A stretch of 64,000 bases of DNA. Origin: Thermoanaerobaculia bacterium (GTDB lineage: Bacteria > Acidobacteriota > Thermoanaerobaculia > Multivoradales > SZUA-115). The notes under the pieces were generated by a model, which was given only the letters and a program-made list of their open reading frames with translations, did not search any database and was not told the DNA's origin. Below, in pieces: positions 1 through 9,250 of this stretch (position 1 is the first letter of the stretch; each line of letters begins with the position of its first letter). The DNA is taken from positions 6,850-70,849 of the forward strand of contig JBIOYC010000060.1 of NCBI GenBank assembly GCA_044869955.1. The letters run 5' to 3'. A program made the position numbers and the translations under genes.

Positions 1-1288
1 CGGGGAGCAGGTCCCGGATGTTCTCGACCTCGAGGTAGTCACCCGGGGTAGCGGTGGCGTGGAGGTCCCAGGTCGCCAGGTCGGCCGGCTGGGCACCGCT
101 GCGCTGGAGCGCCTGGTGCACCGCCGCGATCGGGCCCTCCTTCGAGGGAGTGATGATGTGGTCGGCGTCGGCGGTCACTCCCACCGCGACCGGCTCGAGG
201 CCGAGGGGACGGAAGCCGCGGGCCGAGAAGTGCTCGTAGTCGCCTAGCACCCAGAGAGCACAGCCACCGCTGACGTGGGTGCCGCGCAGGCCGGAGAGGG
301 GCTTCGAGACCTCCCGACTGGCGGCGAGCACCCGGGCGTTGTAGAAGGCGCCGACGGTGAGGGGGTGGGGAGCGGGGTCCGAGGCCCCGAGCACCACTGC
401 CTTGGCCTCACCTCGCGAGATCGCGTCCATCGCCAGCTTCAACGTCACGCCGAAGGTCGAGCAGGCGGCCACCGGCGCGAACACGGCTCCGGTCAGCTGA
501 CCCAACATCGAGATCTGTGACGCCGGTGTGTTGGAGATGTTCCACAACAGGTTGGCCGAGCAGGCGCGCCACGGCGGGTCAGGGGCTTCCCAGCGCTGCT
601 TCAAGCGCGCGTAGCGCCGCTGCTTCTCCTTGAGCAGGCTGATCTTGCCGCTCTCGACCGAGCCCTCGACGGTCAGGCTCTCGATCTCGGAGAGCTCCGC
701 GAGGTATTGCCCGAGGGCCGCCGAACGCCGCATCCAATGGTCCCACCAGCGCTCCTCGGCCTCCTCCTTCTCCTCGTCGGCGACCTGTGAAGGATCGGGG
801 GGCGCCTCGACGTCGATTTGTTGGCCGTCGAGGTGGGCCGCCAGCGCGGGGTTGCGCAGGGGGTTCGACCAGAAGCGGTTCCAGCGACGCTGAGCCCGGT
901 GGAGATCGAGGGTGATCCGGCTGATGGTCGGGAGGTTGCCCAGGCCGGTACCGATGTAGACGTGGGCCTGCCCTCGAAGCCGCCGCAGCTCCTCTTCGAG
1001 GCCCGGGGTCCCTTCGAGGCATTGGATGAAGGCACCCACTGCGAAGAGGGTGGTGGTGTCCATCTTGTCGGCGAGCTGGGGGAATCGGTTCGGGCGGAAA
1101 CGGGCGTCGATCCAGGCCTTGTAGTCCTCGAAACGGAACTCCGGCTGTCCAACCAGGAAGTTGCTGGGCCCGAAGCCCTCGAAGGGGGAGAACCAGGACT
1201 CGGCCGCCTCCAGGTTCTCGCGAAAGCGAGCAATATTGGGTGACCGGGGAGCGACGATCCCCCAGCCGTAGACCCCGACTCTGCGCAC
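1..1288 (-). CDS. beta-ketoacyl synthase (KAS/FabF-like condensing enzyme); 3' end lies beyond the window start
   Basis: Not in the ORF track because its stop is outside the window. My reverse-complement translation from a GTG at 1286-1288 gives VRRVGVYGWGIVAPRSPNIARF... with the KS active-site motif AACSTFG and a C-terminal DADHIITPS region typical of ketosynthases. The GTG is preceded by GGGAGGTG and a 5-nt spacer. Confidence 0.6.
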   Translation of the reverse strand, partial: MRRVGVYGWGIVAPRSPNIARFRENLEAAESWFSPFEGFGPSNFLVGQPEFRFEDYKAWIDARFRPNRFPQLADKMDTTTLFAVGAFIQCLEGTPGLEEELRRLRGQAHVYIGTGLGNLPTISRITLDLHRAQRRWNRFWSNPLRNPALAAHLDGQQIDVEAPPDPSQVADEEKEEAEERWWDHWMRRSAALGQYLAELSEIESLTVEGSVESGKISLLKEKQRRYARLKQRWEAPDPPWRACSANLLWNISNTPASQISMLGQLTGAVFAPVAACSTFGVTLKLAMDAISRGEAKAVVLGASDPAPHPLTVGAFYNARVLAASREVSKPLSGLRGTHVSGGCALWVLGDYEHFSARGFRPLGLEPVAVGVTADADHIITPSKEGPIAAVHQALQRSGAQPADLATWDLHATATPGDYLEVENIRDLLP

Positions 1289-1393
1289 GAAAGCACCTCC
1301 CGGCAGGCGGCCACGTGGCCGTTGAGTCGGGAATGTTATCCGAGTTGCAGGGTCCAGACTCGGGTGGCGAACCGTGGCGGTGCCGGCCCCCGG

Positions 1394-1630
1394 TCAAGGT
1401 GGATCGACCGTACCCTGGGGTGTCCAGGGACCGCAGCGGAGAAGACGCCAGGCGGTGCGGAGCGTGCCGCCGAAGGCTCCGTAGCGGGCGATCGCCGCCT
1501 CTCCGTAGTGGCTGCAGCTGGGGGTGAAGCGGCAGCGCACACCCATCGCCGGCATCAGCGGTGAGAGGGTGCGCTGGTAGAGGTGGATGGCACCGAGCAG
1601 GGCGTGCGCCGAGAGCTGCTTCTGCGGCAC
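1394..1630 (-). CDS. YidD-like membrane protein insertion efficiency factor (second paralog in the window)
   Basis: ORF 1394..1945; the C-terminal 78 aa read ...LLGAIHLYQRTLSPLMPAMGVRCRFTPSCSHYGEAAIARYGAFGGTLRTAWRLLRCGPWTPQG. This is the YidD/haemolytic-domain signature (CRF-PSCS-Y...RC-P). A GTG start at about 1630 was chosen by homology length; the start is uncertain. Confidence 0.55.
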   Translation of the reverse strand: MPQKQLSAHALLGAIHLYQRTLSPLMPAMGVRCRFTPSCSHYGEAAIARYGAFGGTLRTAWRLLRCGPWTPQGTVDPP

Positions 1631-1722
1631 CCGGGTCAGATCGAGGGTGAGGAGGAGGGCGGCGGCGAGCAGGATCCGCCGCCCCCAGCGGGGCCTCGGC
1701 TGCGGGGCCGGGGATGCCTCGG

Positions 1723-2091
1723 TCAGAGCTTGTCGGCCCACTCGCTGATGCCGGGGATGGTCAGCCGCCCGCCGTTGATGCCCTTGAGGATCATCATCAC
1801 GTGCAGGATCAGGACGCCGATGGCGAGCACGGGAATCGCGAAGACCGTCACGCAGCCGACGCCGGGGATCGAGGTCAGGATGCCCAGGCCGACGAAGAGG
1901 ATGACCTCGACGACGAAGAGCACCAGGCCGTGCTTGGCATGCCACTGCACCTCCTTGTCGTCCTTCTCGAGCAGCAGGGGGACGAGAAAGATGATGTAGG
2001 CGAGGGCGATCATGATGTTGCGGTTGTCGCTGGCGCCCGCCGGCGGCGGAGCGCCGGGGGCAGGGGGCGGGGTGTATTGGGGCTCGCTCAT
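1723..2091 (-). CDS. DUF4870-like small integral membrane protein
   Basis: ORF 1723..2130. Internal ATG (MSEPQYTPPP...) is preceded by GGAGGGACCGACC, so it is the likely start. There is a Pro-rich N-terminus followed by LAYIIFLVPLLLEKDDKEVQWHAKHGLVLFVV and hydrophobic helices. Confidence 0.5.
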   Translation of the reverse strand: MSEPQYTPPPAPGAPPPAGASDNRNIMIALAYIIFLVPLLLEKDDKEVQWHAKHGLVLFVVEVILFVGLGILTSIPGVGCVTVFAIPVLAIGVLILHVMMILKGINGGRLTIPGISEWADKL

Positions 2092-2155
2092 GGTCGGTCC
2101 CTCCTGGGCTGGCGCAGAGGCGGCAGCCATTGTCTTTTGGTAGATCGCGAAGAGT

Positions 2156-2743
2156 CTATCGAAGATCTGGCGTGGGCTCCAATCCTAGATCGGCGAGGGC
2201 TGCCAACAAGGCTTGCCGCCGCCCGTCGGTGACCGCCAGCACCAGCCGGGCCTCGGCGCCGTACTCCTCGGCCACCAGCTCCACCTCGGGCGGACGCAGC
2301 AGGCGCTTGACCGCGCCGATCTTCTCGTAGGGCAGACGCAACGAGACCTCCACCCGCTCGAGCTTCTCGACCACCGGCAGGCCCTCGAGGGCCAGCCGCA
2401 CGGCTCCGGCGTAGGCTCTGGCCAGCCCGCCCTTGCCGAGCTTGACGCCGCCGAACCAGCGCACGACGACGGCGATCACCTGCGTCAGGCCGGCTCCCCG
2501 CAGGACCTGGAGCATGGGCATGCCCGCCGTGCCCATCGGCTCGCCGGCATCCGAGCTGCGCTCCTCGGGTGCCCGGCCGAGCCGCCAGGCGAAGCAGCAG
2601 TGGCTGGCGTCGGCATGGCGGGCACGGATCTCTTCGACGAGGCCTTCCGCCTCGCCGCGATCCTCGACCGGCCGCACGAAGGCGAGGAAGACCGAGCCCT
2701 TCTCGCGCAGCTCCGCCTCGGCGGCTCGAGCGGGCACCCGCAC
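2156..2743 (-). CDS. IMPACT family protein (YigZ/UPF0029)
   Basis: The translation contains SHCCFAWRLG...DAGEPMGTAGMPMLQVL...VIAVVVRWFGGVKLGKGGLARAY, the IMPACT/YigZ signature. Confidence 0.7.
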   Translation of the reverse strand: MRVPARAAEAELREKGSVFLAFVRPVEDRGEAEGLVEEIRARHADASHCCFAWRLGRAPEERSSDAGEPMGTAGMPMLQVLRGAGLTQVIAVVVRWFGGVKLGKGGLARAYAGAVRLALEGLPVVEKLERVEVSLRLPYEKIGAVKRLLRPPEVELVAEEYGAEARLVLAVTDGRRQALLAALADLGLEPTPDLR

Positions 2744-2747
2744 GGCT

Positions 2748-3911
2748 TCACCCGACGAAGCGCAGGTAGAGCTGGCGGTACTGGTCCACCACCCGCTCTT
2801 GCTCGAAGCGCCCGACGGCGTTGCGGCGCGCGGCCTCGCCGAAGCGGGCGTGGCGAGCGGGATCCTGGAGCAGGGAGACAGCCGCCTCGGCCATGCCGTC
2901 GACGTCGGCCACGGGCAGGAGATAGCCGTCCTCGCCGTCGGTGACCACCTCGGGCAGGCCTCCGGCCCGGGCGCCGATCACCGGTACCTTGCAGGCCATG
3001 GCCTCGAGGGCCGCGAGGCCGAAAGACTCAGCGTCCGACGGCAGCAGGAACAGGTCCGCACCCAGCAGCACCTCCTCGACCAGGGGCAGGTTGCCGATGA
3101 AGGTGATCGCACCGCAGATGCCCAGCTCGCGGCAGCGCTGGTCGACCTTGGCGCGGTCCGGCCCGTCGCCGACCAGGAGCAGGCGCGCCGGCACCCTGGC
3201 CTGGACTCGGTAGAAGGTCTCCACCACGTCCTGGACCCGCTTGACCGGCCGGAAGTTCGAGATGTGAACCAACAACCGCTCCCCGGGGGCCGCCCAGCGC
3301 CGTGCTCCGGGCTGCCGGCTCGCCCGCTCGTAGCGGCCGGGATCGATGAAGTTGGGGATCACCTCGATGTCGCGCGAGACGCCGATCTTCTCGTGGGTCT
3401 TTTCGGCCAGCCAGCGCGACACGGCGGTCACCCCGTCGCTCTCGAGGATGCCGAAGCGGGTGGTCTCGAGGTAGTTGGGGTCGTTGCCGACCAGGGTGAT
3501 GTCCGTGCCGTGGAGGGTGGTGACCACCGGTAGCCGCTGGGGCGTGACGATCTGGCGAGCGAGCACGGCCGAGACGGCGTTGGGCACCGCATAGTGGACG
3601 TGCAGCAGGTCCAGCCGCTCGCGCCGTGCCACCTCGACCATCTTGGTAGCGAGGGCGAGCTCGTAGGGTGGGTACTCGAAGAGGGGGTAATGCGGTACGA
3701 CCACCTCGTGGTAGTGGAGGTTCTCGTAGAGCTCCGTCGAGACCTCGGCGTCGCGGCCTCGCAGGCTGCCACAGAGGCTGGAGAGCCGGGTGGGCAGGGC
3801 GTAGCTGATGACGTGGACCTGGTCGCCGCGGGAGGCCAGTGCCATGGCGAGCTCGGTCGCCACCACGCCCGAGCCGCCGTAGGTGGGGTAGCAGCTGATG
3901 CCGATCCTCAT
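2748..3911 (-). CDS. bshA: N-acetyl-alpha-D-glucosaminyl L-malate synthase BshA (GT4 glycosyltransferase)
   Basis: 387 aa. The N-terminus MRIGISCYPTYGGSGVVATELAMALASRGDQVHVI is the BshA-type signature, and the C-terminal GT4 motifs (EAMACKVPVIG) are present. Confidence 0.8.
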   Translation of the reverse strand: MRIGISCYPTYGGSGVVATELAMALASRGDQVHVISYALPTRLSSLCGSLRGRDAEVSTELYENLHYHEVVVPHYPLFEYPPYELALATKMVEVARRERLDLLHVHYAVPNAVSAVLARQIVTPQRLPVVTTLHGTDITLVGNDPNYLETTRFGILESDGVTAVSRWLAEKTHEKIGVSRDIEVIPNFIDPGRYERASRQPGARRWAAPGERLLVHISNFRPVKRVQDVVETFYRVQARVPARLLLVGDGPDRAKVDQRCRELGICGAITFIGNLPLVEEVLLGADLFLLPSDAESFGLAALEAMACKVPVIGARAGGLPEVVTDGEDGYLLPVADVDGMAEAAVSLLQDPARHARFGEAARRNAVGRFEQERVVDQYRQLYLRFVG

Positions 3912-4639
3912 CGGATCCCCCCCGGCAGCAGGCTCATCGGGTCGGCCACCGCGAGTGGCAGCCGGGAGAAGAAGGGCTCACCAAAGGTGGCGCCGATCAG
4001 CTCCCCGAAATGCCGCGCACGACCTTCGACACCGAGGCGGAAGTCCGGGGTCGCCACCTTGGTCATCGGCTCAGCTCGGGTCACGCCCGGCTGGTGGATC
4101 TGGCTGCCATAGGCGTCGAGGGCGGCCTGCTTCTGCGCCCAGCCGGTGGTGACGTCGACCACGAAGCTGGGGACGAAGAGGTCGTGCTGCATGTACGAGA
4201 AAACGGCGGCCGGGCGATGGGGCGTGCCCCCGCCGCCGCGGTAGGCGAGACCGGCATAGAAGCAGGCCGATGCGACCAGCTGGTGGGCGCGACCGTGGTC
4301 CGGATGACGATCGGCGGGAGTCGGCCCCAGCACCAGCTCGGGTCGCAGGCGGCGCAGCACGGCGATGAGCTCGTCCTCCTCTGCCGTACCGAGGCGCAAG
4401 GCCGCGTCGCCGAAATCGAGCATCTCGAGCACCACCGCGCCGAGGGCCTGGGCCGCCGCCTCGGCCTCCCGCCGGCGCTCGGCCACCGTGCCGCGGGTGC
4501 CGGCCTCGCCGCGGGTCAAGTGGAGGATGCCCACCCGCCGCCCGCGCTGGGCGAGCACCGCCAGGGTGCCGCCGCAGCCCAGCTCGGCGTCGTCGGGGTG
4601 GGCGCCGATCGCCAGGACGTCCACGGTCTCGCTCACCAT
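3908..4639 (-). CDS. bshB1: N-acetyl-alpha-D-glucosaminyl L-malate deacetylase BshB1 (LmbE/PIG-L family)
   Basis: VLAIGAHPDDAELGCGGTLA motif. Its stop overlaps the bshA start by 4 nt. Confidence 0.75.
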   Translation of the reverse strand: MVSETVDVLAIGAHPDDAELGCGGTLAVLAQRGRRVGILHLTRGEAGTRGTVAERRREAEAAAQALGAVVLEMLDFGDAALRLGTAEEDELIAVLRRLRPELVLGPTPADRHPDHGRAHQLVASACFYAGLAYRGGGGTPHRPAAVFSYMQHDLFVPSFVVDVTTGWAQKQAALDAYGSQIHQPGVTRAEPMTKVATPDFRLGVEGRARHFGELIGATFGEPFFSRLPLAVADPMSLLPGGIR

Positions 4640-4647
4640 CGGTCTCC

Positions 4648-6279
4648 CTATTCGGCTCCGGGGCGGATCAGGTGGAGGTAGCGCGGATCGAGGCCGAGGT
4701 CGCGCAGCAGAGCCGGCACGAAGCGCTCACCATGGCGAGCCACGAACCAGGCCGTGGCGATCGCCCGCTCCTGCAACCGGCCGCCCGGCAGCAGGGTCTC
4801 CCGCAGCTGCTCGATGCGCCGGTGGGAGAGCTCGTCCCGGCGCGCGGCCGCGGCGGTGAGCTTCTCGCCGAAGGTGGTGAGCGCACGGTCGATCTGCTCG
4901 CGGGTCTTCTGCCAGGGGCCGTCGAGCCCGGGGTCGATGGCCAGGGTTCGCTCCCTCAGGGCATCGAGCTCGGCCACGATGCGCTCTCGAGCTCCTTCGG
5001 CGAGGTCGCCGCCCCGACCCGCGGCGAGACGGCGCTCGAGAGCGGCCCGGTCGCCGAGGATCTCGCCGAGCCCGACCGGCAGCCCGGCGAGCCAGGAGAG
5101 CTGCTTGCCTTCGACGACCGCCGCGCTGGGCCGGAGGGCGAGAGTGGATGGCGCCACCTCGACCACAGGGTAAGCCGCCGCCACCTGGGCCATGTAGGCA
5201 AGCTCGCCCGGGCCCAGCACGAAGACCGAGGTGCCGAGCACGGCGTCCTGGACCACCGGCCGGGCGAGGACTCCCGGGCTGACCAGCAGGGGATTGTCGG
5301 CGATCGCCCCCAGCAGGTCGGCCGTCTCGAGTGGCGGGCGATCCACCCCGCGCAGGGTAAAACGGCCGTCCTCGTGCCCTTCGAGACGCCGGCGCCGGCC
5401 CTCGACCAACAAGAAGAGGGGCAAGGAGCCGGCCTGGAAGGACACCTGGGGCGAGTAGCCCCGGCTCGCCACCCGCTCCGTGGCCAGGGCATACGCCCGG
5501 TCGACCTCGCGCCAGCGCTCGACGAAACGGGCGAGGATCGGCCGCTGGGCGGCCTTGAGCTGCGGCAGCTGGGCATCGAGGAAAAGGGGGCTCCGGTCGC
5601 CCAACCAGGCGATGAGAAGCCGGGGGAAGGCCTCGCCGAAGCGGGCCGCCGGTCGCCACCACCGGGCTGCGGTCCGCCACGCCTCACGCCAGCCAGGCTG
5701 CTCGGAAAGGGTCTCCAGCTCGGCGAGCACGCCCTCGACCCCCGGACCGACGCTGCGGGCACCGAGGGGCACGAGAGGCTCGGGGTCCTCGCCGAGGTCG
5801 AGGGTGCGGGCGCCGCCGGTCGCCGGGACGGCCATCCGGGCGGTCTCCGCGAAGTCGTGGTCCTCGGTCGCCATCCAGAAGATGGCCACCGCCGGCTGGC
5901 CCGCGGCCTCCAGGGCCTCTGCCCAGGCGACGGCAGCCACCGCCTTGACCAGGGTCAAGAGAGGCCCACCCAGGAGCCCCGGCTGCTGGCCGGTGACCAC
6001 CACACGGGTGTGCGGGTCGGCGAGGCGCTCGGCCAGACGGGCCGCGGCCGGATGGCCATAGGCGGTGTTGGTGGCGGCGAGGGCGGCAGCGATCGCCCGC
6101 CGATCCACCGCCGGGGGTGCCGGCGGCACGCCCCCGGGCTCGGCCCAGCCGAGCGGGGCGATCAGATCCCGGTCCCGGCCCTCGAGCAGGGCGGCGGAGA
6201 AGGAAGAGAGCAGGCCCGCCGAGACGAGGTCGATTCGCGGGTCGGTCTGTTGGGGGGCCTGGGGGAGGGGCTCGCTCAT
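4648..6279 (-). CDS. bshC: bacillithiol biosynthesis cysteine-adding enzyme BshC
   Basis: This is the C-terminal ~543 aa of the 1177-aa open frame, beginning MSEPLPQAPQQ.... The length and architecture match BshC (YllA family). The ATG is in frame, 20 nt downstream of the methyltransferase stop. Confidence 0.65.
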   Translation of the reverse strand: MSEPLPQAPQQTDPRIDLVSAGLLSSFSAALLEGRDRDLIAPLGWAEPGGVPPAPPAVDRRAIAAALAATNTAYGHPAAARLAERLADPHTRVVVTGQQPGLLGGPLLTLVKAVAAVAWAEALEAAGQPAVAIFWMATEDHDFAETARMAVPATGGARTLDLGEDPEPLVPLGARSVGPGVEGVLAELETLSEQPGWREAWRTAARWWRPAARFGEAFPRLLIAWLGDRSPLFLDAQLPQLKAAQRPILARFVERWREVDRAYALATERVASRGYSPQVSFQAGSLPLFLLVEGRRRRLEGHEDGRFTLRGVDRPPLETADLLGAIADNPLLVSPGVLARPVVQDAVLGTSVFVLGPGELAYMAQVAAAYPVVEVAPSTLALRPSAAVVEGKQLSWLAGLPVGLGEILGDRAALERRLAAGRGGDLAEGARERIVAELDALRERTLAIDPGLDGPWQKTREQIDRALTTFGEKLTAAAARRDELSHRRIEQLRETLLPGGRLQERAIATAWFVARHGERFVPALLRDLGLDPRYLHLIRPGAE

Positions 6280-6299
6280 CGTGGAGTCTCGGAAGTCGG

Positions 6300-7019
6300 T
6301 CAACGGGAGCTGCGGGCGGCGAGGATCAGGCGGTCGCTTTCGGTCGAGTAGGTTGCGCCGGAGAAGTCGCCCCAGGTTTCGACCACCTCGAGCCCGGCCC
6401 AGCGGAGACCCTGGGCGACCTCCTCGTGGCGGTAGGCGCGGACGCTCTCGAGGAAGCTGCGTCCGGTGCCGTCCAGCTCGGTGAGGCGGATCCGCTTGTT
6501 GATCCGCTGGCGGGCGGCATCGTACCAGCGCTCGATGGTGACCTCGCGGCCATCGAGGTCCCGCCGCTCGCGGGCTTTCAGGCCGCGGATGGCCGGCTCG
6601 GGATTGAACAGGTCGATCAGGAACCAGCCGCCGGGAGTGAGCACCCGCACCACCTCCTCGATCACGCGGAAGTTCTCTCGCTCGCTCTCGAAGTAGCCGA
6701 AGGAGGTGAAGAAGTTGAGGACCCAGTCGAAGGTGGCGTCGGCAAAGGGCAAGGCGCGCATGTCGGCACCGACTCGCGGCAGGCCCGGCCGCTCGGCGAG
6801 CAGGGTCAGAGAGAGGTCGACGCCGATGGTCCTGAGACCCTGGCGGCAGAGCGATTCGGTGTGACGGCCCGCGCCGCAGGCGAGATCGAGCACCGCTCGT
6901 GGACGGCCGGGGCCCAGTCGCTCGATCACGAAGGCGACGTGCCGCTCCGCCTCCTCGAGGTCGCGATGGGCGTAGAGCTCGAGGTACTCGGCACCGAACC
7001 ACTCCTTGTACCAGGCCAT
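6300..7019 (-). CDS. class I SAM-dependent methyltransferase
   Basis: VLDLACGAGRHTESLCRQGLRTIGVDLS (motif I) and LTPGGWFLIDLFNPE. Confidence 0.7.
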   Translation of the reverse strand: MAWYKEWFGAEYLELYAHRDLEEAERHVAFVIERLGPGRPRAVLDLACGAGRHTESLCRQGLRTIGVDLSLTLLAERPGLPRVGADMRALPFADATFDWVLNFFTSFGYFESERENFRVIEEVVRVLTPGGWFLIDLFNPEPAIRGLKARERRDLDGREVTIERWYDAARQRINKRIRLTELDGTGRSFLESVRAYRHEEVAQGLRWAGLEVVETWGDFSGATYSTESDRLILAARSSR

Positions 7020-7066
7020 GCACGCCGATCATAGCCCGGGCCTTCGCCCGCGATATCCTTCGCCCC

Positions 7067-7342
7067 ATGCAGCGCCGACGGCTCTCCGCGGTTGCTTTCC
7101 TGCTCGGCTTCCTGCTCCACAGCGTGGTGGTGGCGACGGTGTGGCTGCGCTGGGGGGCCGGGCTCAAGAGCCTGCTCCTGGTGTGGATGGATGCGCCGTG
7201 GTCGCTGCTCTGGCTGGGCGCGCCCGCCGAGCGGCTGCTCCCCCTCTCTCTGCTGGTGGGCGGGTTGTGGTGGGGTGCCGTGACCGGCCTGCTGACCTTC
7301 GCCTTCGGCCGGCTCACGGCCGTGCGCCCCGCCCCCCCATGA
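7067..7342 (+). CDS. small hypothetical membrane protein (about 91 aa)
   Basis: MQRRRLSAVAFLLGFLLHSVVVATVWLRWG... with three hydrophobic helices. The ATGA overlap with the dusB start suggests translational coupling. Confidence 0.4.
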   Translation: MQRRRLSAVAFLLGFLLHSVVVATVWLRWGAGLKSLLLVWMDAPWSLLWLGAPAERLLPLSLLVGGLWWGAVTGLLTFAFGRLTAVRPAPP

Positions 7343-8331
7343 TCCCCGCGCTGCGACTCGGGAGTCTCGCCGTCGACCCACCCCTGCTGCTCGCGCCCAT
7401 GGCCGGCATCACGGATCGGGACTTCCGCCTCCTGCTGCGCCGCATCGGCGGCGTGGGGCTGGTTGCCATGGAGTTCGTCTCCGCTCGCGGCATTGTCCGG
7501 GGTGAGGAGAGGACCTGGAAGCTCCTGGCCATGAGCCCCGAGGAGCGCCCCCTGGCGATCCAGATCTACGGCGCGGACCCCCTGGCCATGGCCGAGGCCG
7601 CGCGGGTCGCCGAGGCGAGCGGGGCGGACGTCTGCGACATCAACATGGGCTGTCCGGCGAACAAGATCCTGAAGGGCTGCGCCGGCGCCGCCTTGATGGG
7701 GGACCTCGCCCTCGCCCAGCGGATCATCGCCGCCGTTCGGCGGGCCACCCGGCTGCCGGTGACGGTGAAGTTCCGGCTCGGCCTGGACGACCGGCGCCAG
7801 AGCTACCTCGAGCTGGGCCGCCTCTGCGAGGGGGAAGGTGCGGCCGCCGTCGCCGTGCACGCACGCACGGCGCGGCAGATGTTCTCGGGCCGGGCCGACT
7901 GGTCGCGCATCGCGCGGCTCAAGGAAGCGCTCTCGATCCCGGTGGTCGGCAACGGCGACGTCGAGACTCCCGACGATGCCCTGCGCCTCTTCGCCGAGAC
8001 CGGCTGCGACGCCGTGATGATCGGGCGAGGTGCGACCGCCAACCCTTGGATCTTCCGCCAGATCGCCGCCCGCCTCGCGGGCCGCAGGGACCTCGATCCT
8101 TCGCTCCCCGAGCGGGCCGCCCTGATCCGCAGCCACTTCCAGACCGTGGTTGAGAACGAGGGCCCCGGGGACGACCTGCACAAGCTGCGTACCTTCACCC
8201 GCTGGTACAGCTTCGGCCTGCCGGAAGGGCTCGCCCTGCGGCGGCAGATCGGTGGCTTCATGGACGTGCCGAGCCTGCTCGCCGGGGTGGATCGCTTCCT
8301 CGACGAGCAGGCGACGCGAGAGGCGGCGTGA
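7339..8331 (+). CDS. dusB: tRNA-dihydrouridine synthase (DusB-like)
   Basis: MIPALRLGSLAVDPPLLLAPMAGITDRDFRLL...DINMGCPANKILKGCAGAALM...VTVKFRLG: TIM-barrel Dus motifs. Confidence 0.8.
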   Translation: MIPALRLGSLAVDPPLLLAPMAGITDRDFRLLLRRIGGVGLVAMEFVSARGIVRGEERTWKLLAMSPEERPLAIQIYGADPLAMAEAARVAEASGADVCDINMGCPANKILKGCAGAALMGDLALAQRIIAAVRRATRLPVTVKFRLGLDDRRQSYLELGRLCEGEGAAAVAVHARTARQMFSGRADWSRIARLKEALSIPVVGNGDVETPDDALRLFAETGCDAVMIGRGATANPWIFRQIAARLAGRRDLDPSLPERAALIRSHFQTVVENEGPGDDLHKLRTFTRWYSFGLPEGLALRRQIGGFMDVPSLLAGVDRFLDEQATREAA

Positions 8332-8813
8332 TGGCCGAGGGCACAGCCGAGATCTTCGAGTGCACCATCGCCGCGCCAGAGGCGGAGGTGCGCACGCTGC
8401 TCGCGAAGACCGCGGAGCTCTGGGGCGGAGAGCTCGACTCCGCGAACGGCGAGGTCACCTTGCCGGTGGCTGCGGGCATGTACCAGGGCTGGGTCCGCTG
8501 TCGTTCGAAGGTCACCGCCGGGGAGGGGGAGACGCACGTCGAGCTCACGGTGGTGGCGAAGGCCTATCGCCTCCGGGGCCGAGCGGCGGTGGTCCTGGCG
8601 ATCGCCCTCGCGGGAGCCCTGGTGGCCATCGCCTGGCCGTTCTACCCGGCGCTCCTGCCCCTGGCTCCGCTCGGCGTCGGGCTGGTCATCGCGGCGTGGT
8701 TCCTGGTCATCGCCCGCCTCGCCACCTCGAGCCCCGCGGACTATCTGGCTGAAATCACCCGCTTTGCCGAGGGCGAGGTGCCGTTTCCCGATCTGGAGGA
8801 GCGAAGGGAATAG
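8328..8813 (+). CDS. hypothetical protein with a C-terminal pair of TM helices
   Basis: ORF 8328..8813 overlaps the dusB stop. Soluble N-terminal ~90 aa, then AVVLAIALAGALVAIAWPFYPALLPLAPLGVGLVIAAWFLVIA. No recognisable family. Confidence 0.35.
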   Translation: MMAEGTAEIFECTIAAPEAEVRTLLAKTAELWGGELDSANGEVTLPVAAGMYQGWVRCRSKVTAGEGETHVELTVVAKAYRLRGRAAVVLAIALAGALVAIAWPFYPALLPLAPLGVGLVIAAWFLVIARLATSSPADYLAEITRFAEGEVPFPDLEERRE

Positions 8814-8857
8814 GACCCTCGGGTCCCCTGTTACCGTTGTCGGTTCTTTGGCAACTC

Positions 8858-9213
8858 GGGGGCGTACCGGTTTCGACGGGGAACAGGCGGGGCGGGGGCT
8901 GCGTGCCGAGCTCGGTGCTCGTACACAGCCGAAAAAACACAAAAGCCAACGACAACCTGGCTCTCGCGGCCTAAAAAACGGCTGCGACGCATCTCAGAAG
9001 CGTTCGACTCGCGACGCCCTGAGATGTGACACTTCAAGCGAGTCGGAGAGCGTGATTTGCCCTGCGTCACGCTCCGACACACAGCGGGGCTGGCCTGCTG
9101 GTTCGGTGCCTTCTTCCTGGACCGGCGGGCGAGAACTTCGAAGAAGGCTACGCACGTAGATGCCACCGTGACGCGTTTTCCGGACGTGGGTTCGACTCCC
9201 ACCGCCTCCACCA
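8858..9213 (+). ncRNA. ssrA: tmRNA (SsrA)
   Basis: The 5' end is GGGGGCGTACCGGTTTCGACGGGG. The tag reading frame gccaacgacaacctggctctcgcggcctaa encodes ANDNLALAA* (resume codon near 8945). The 3' end GGACGTGGGTTCGACTCCCACCGCCTCCACCA is a tRNA-like T-arm/acceptor that pairs with the 5' GGGGGCG. Confidence 0.9.
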
Positions 9214-9250
9214 ACTTGCCATCCTCCGCCAGCAACCTTCAGAAAACCCC

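Noticed and set aside
4648-8181. 1177-aa minus-strand ORF read as a single giant gene
   Set aside because: Only the C-terminal 543 aa (from MSEPLPQ) have BshC-like length. The upstream part overlaps the methyltransferase (different frame), the small membrane gene and dusB in antisense. It is a GC-rich open-frame artefact.
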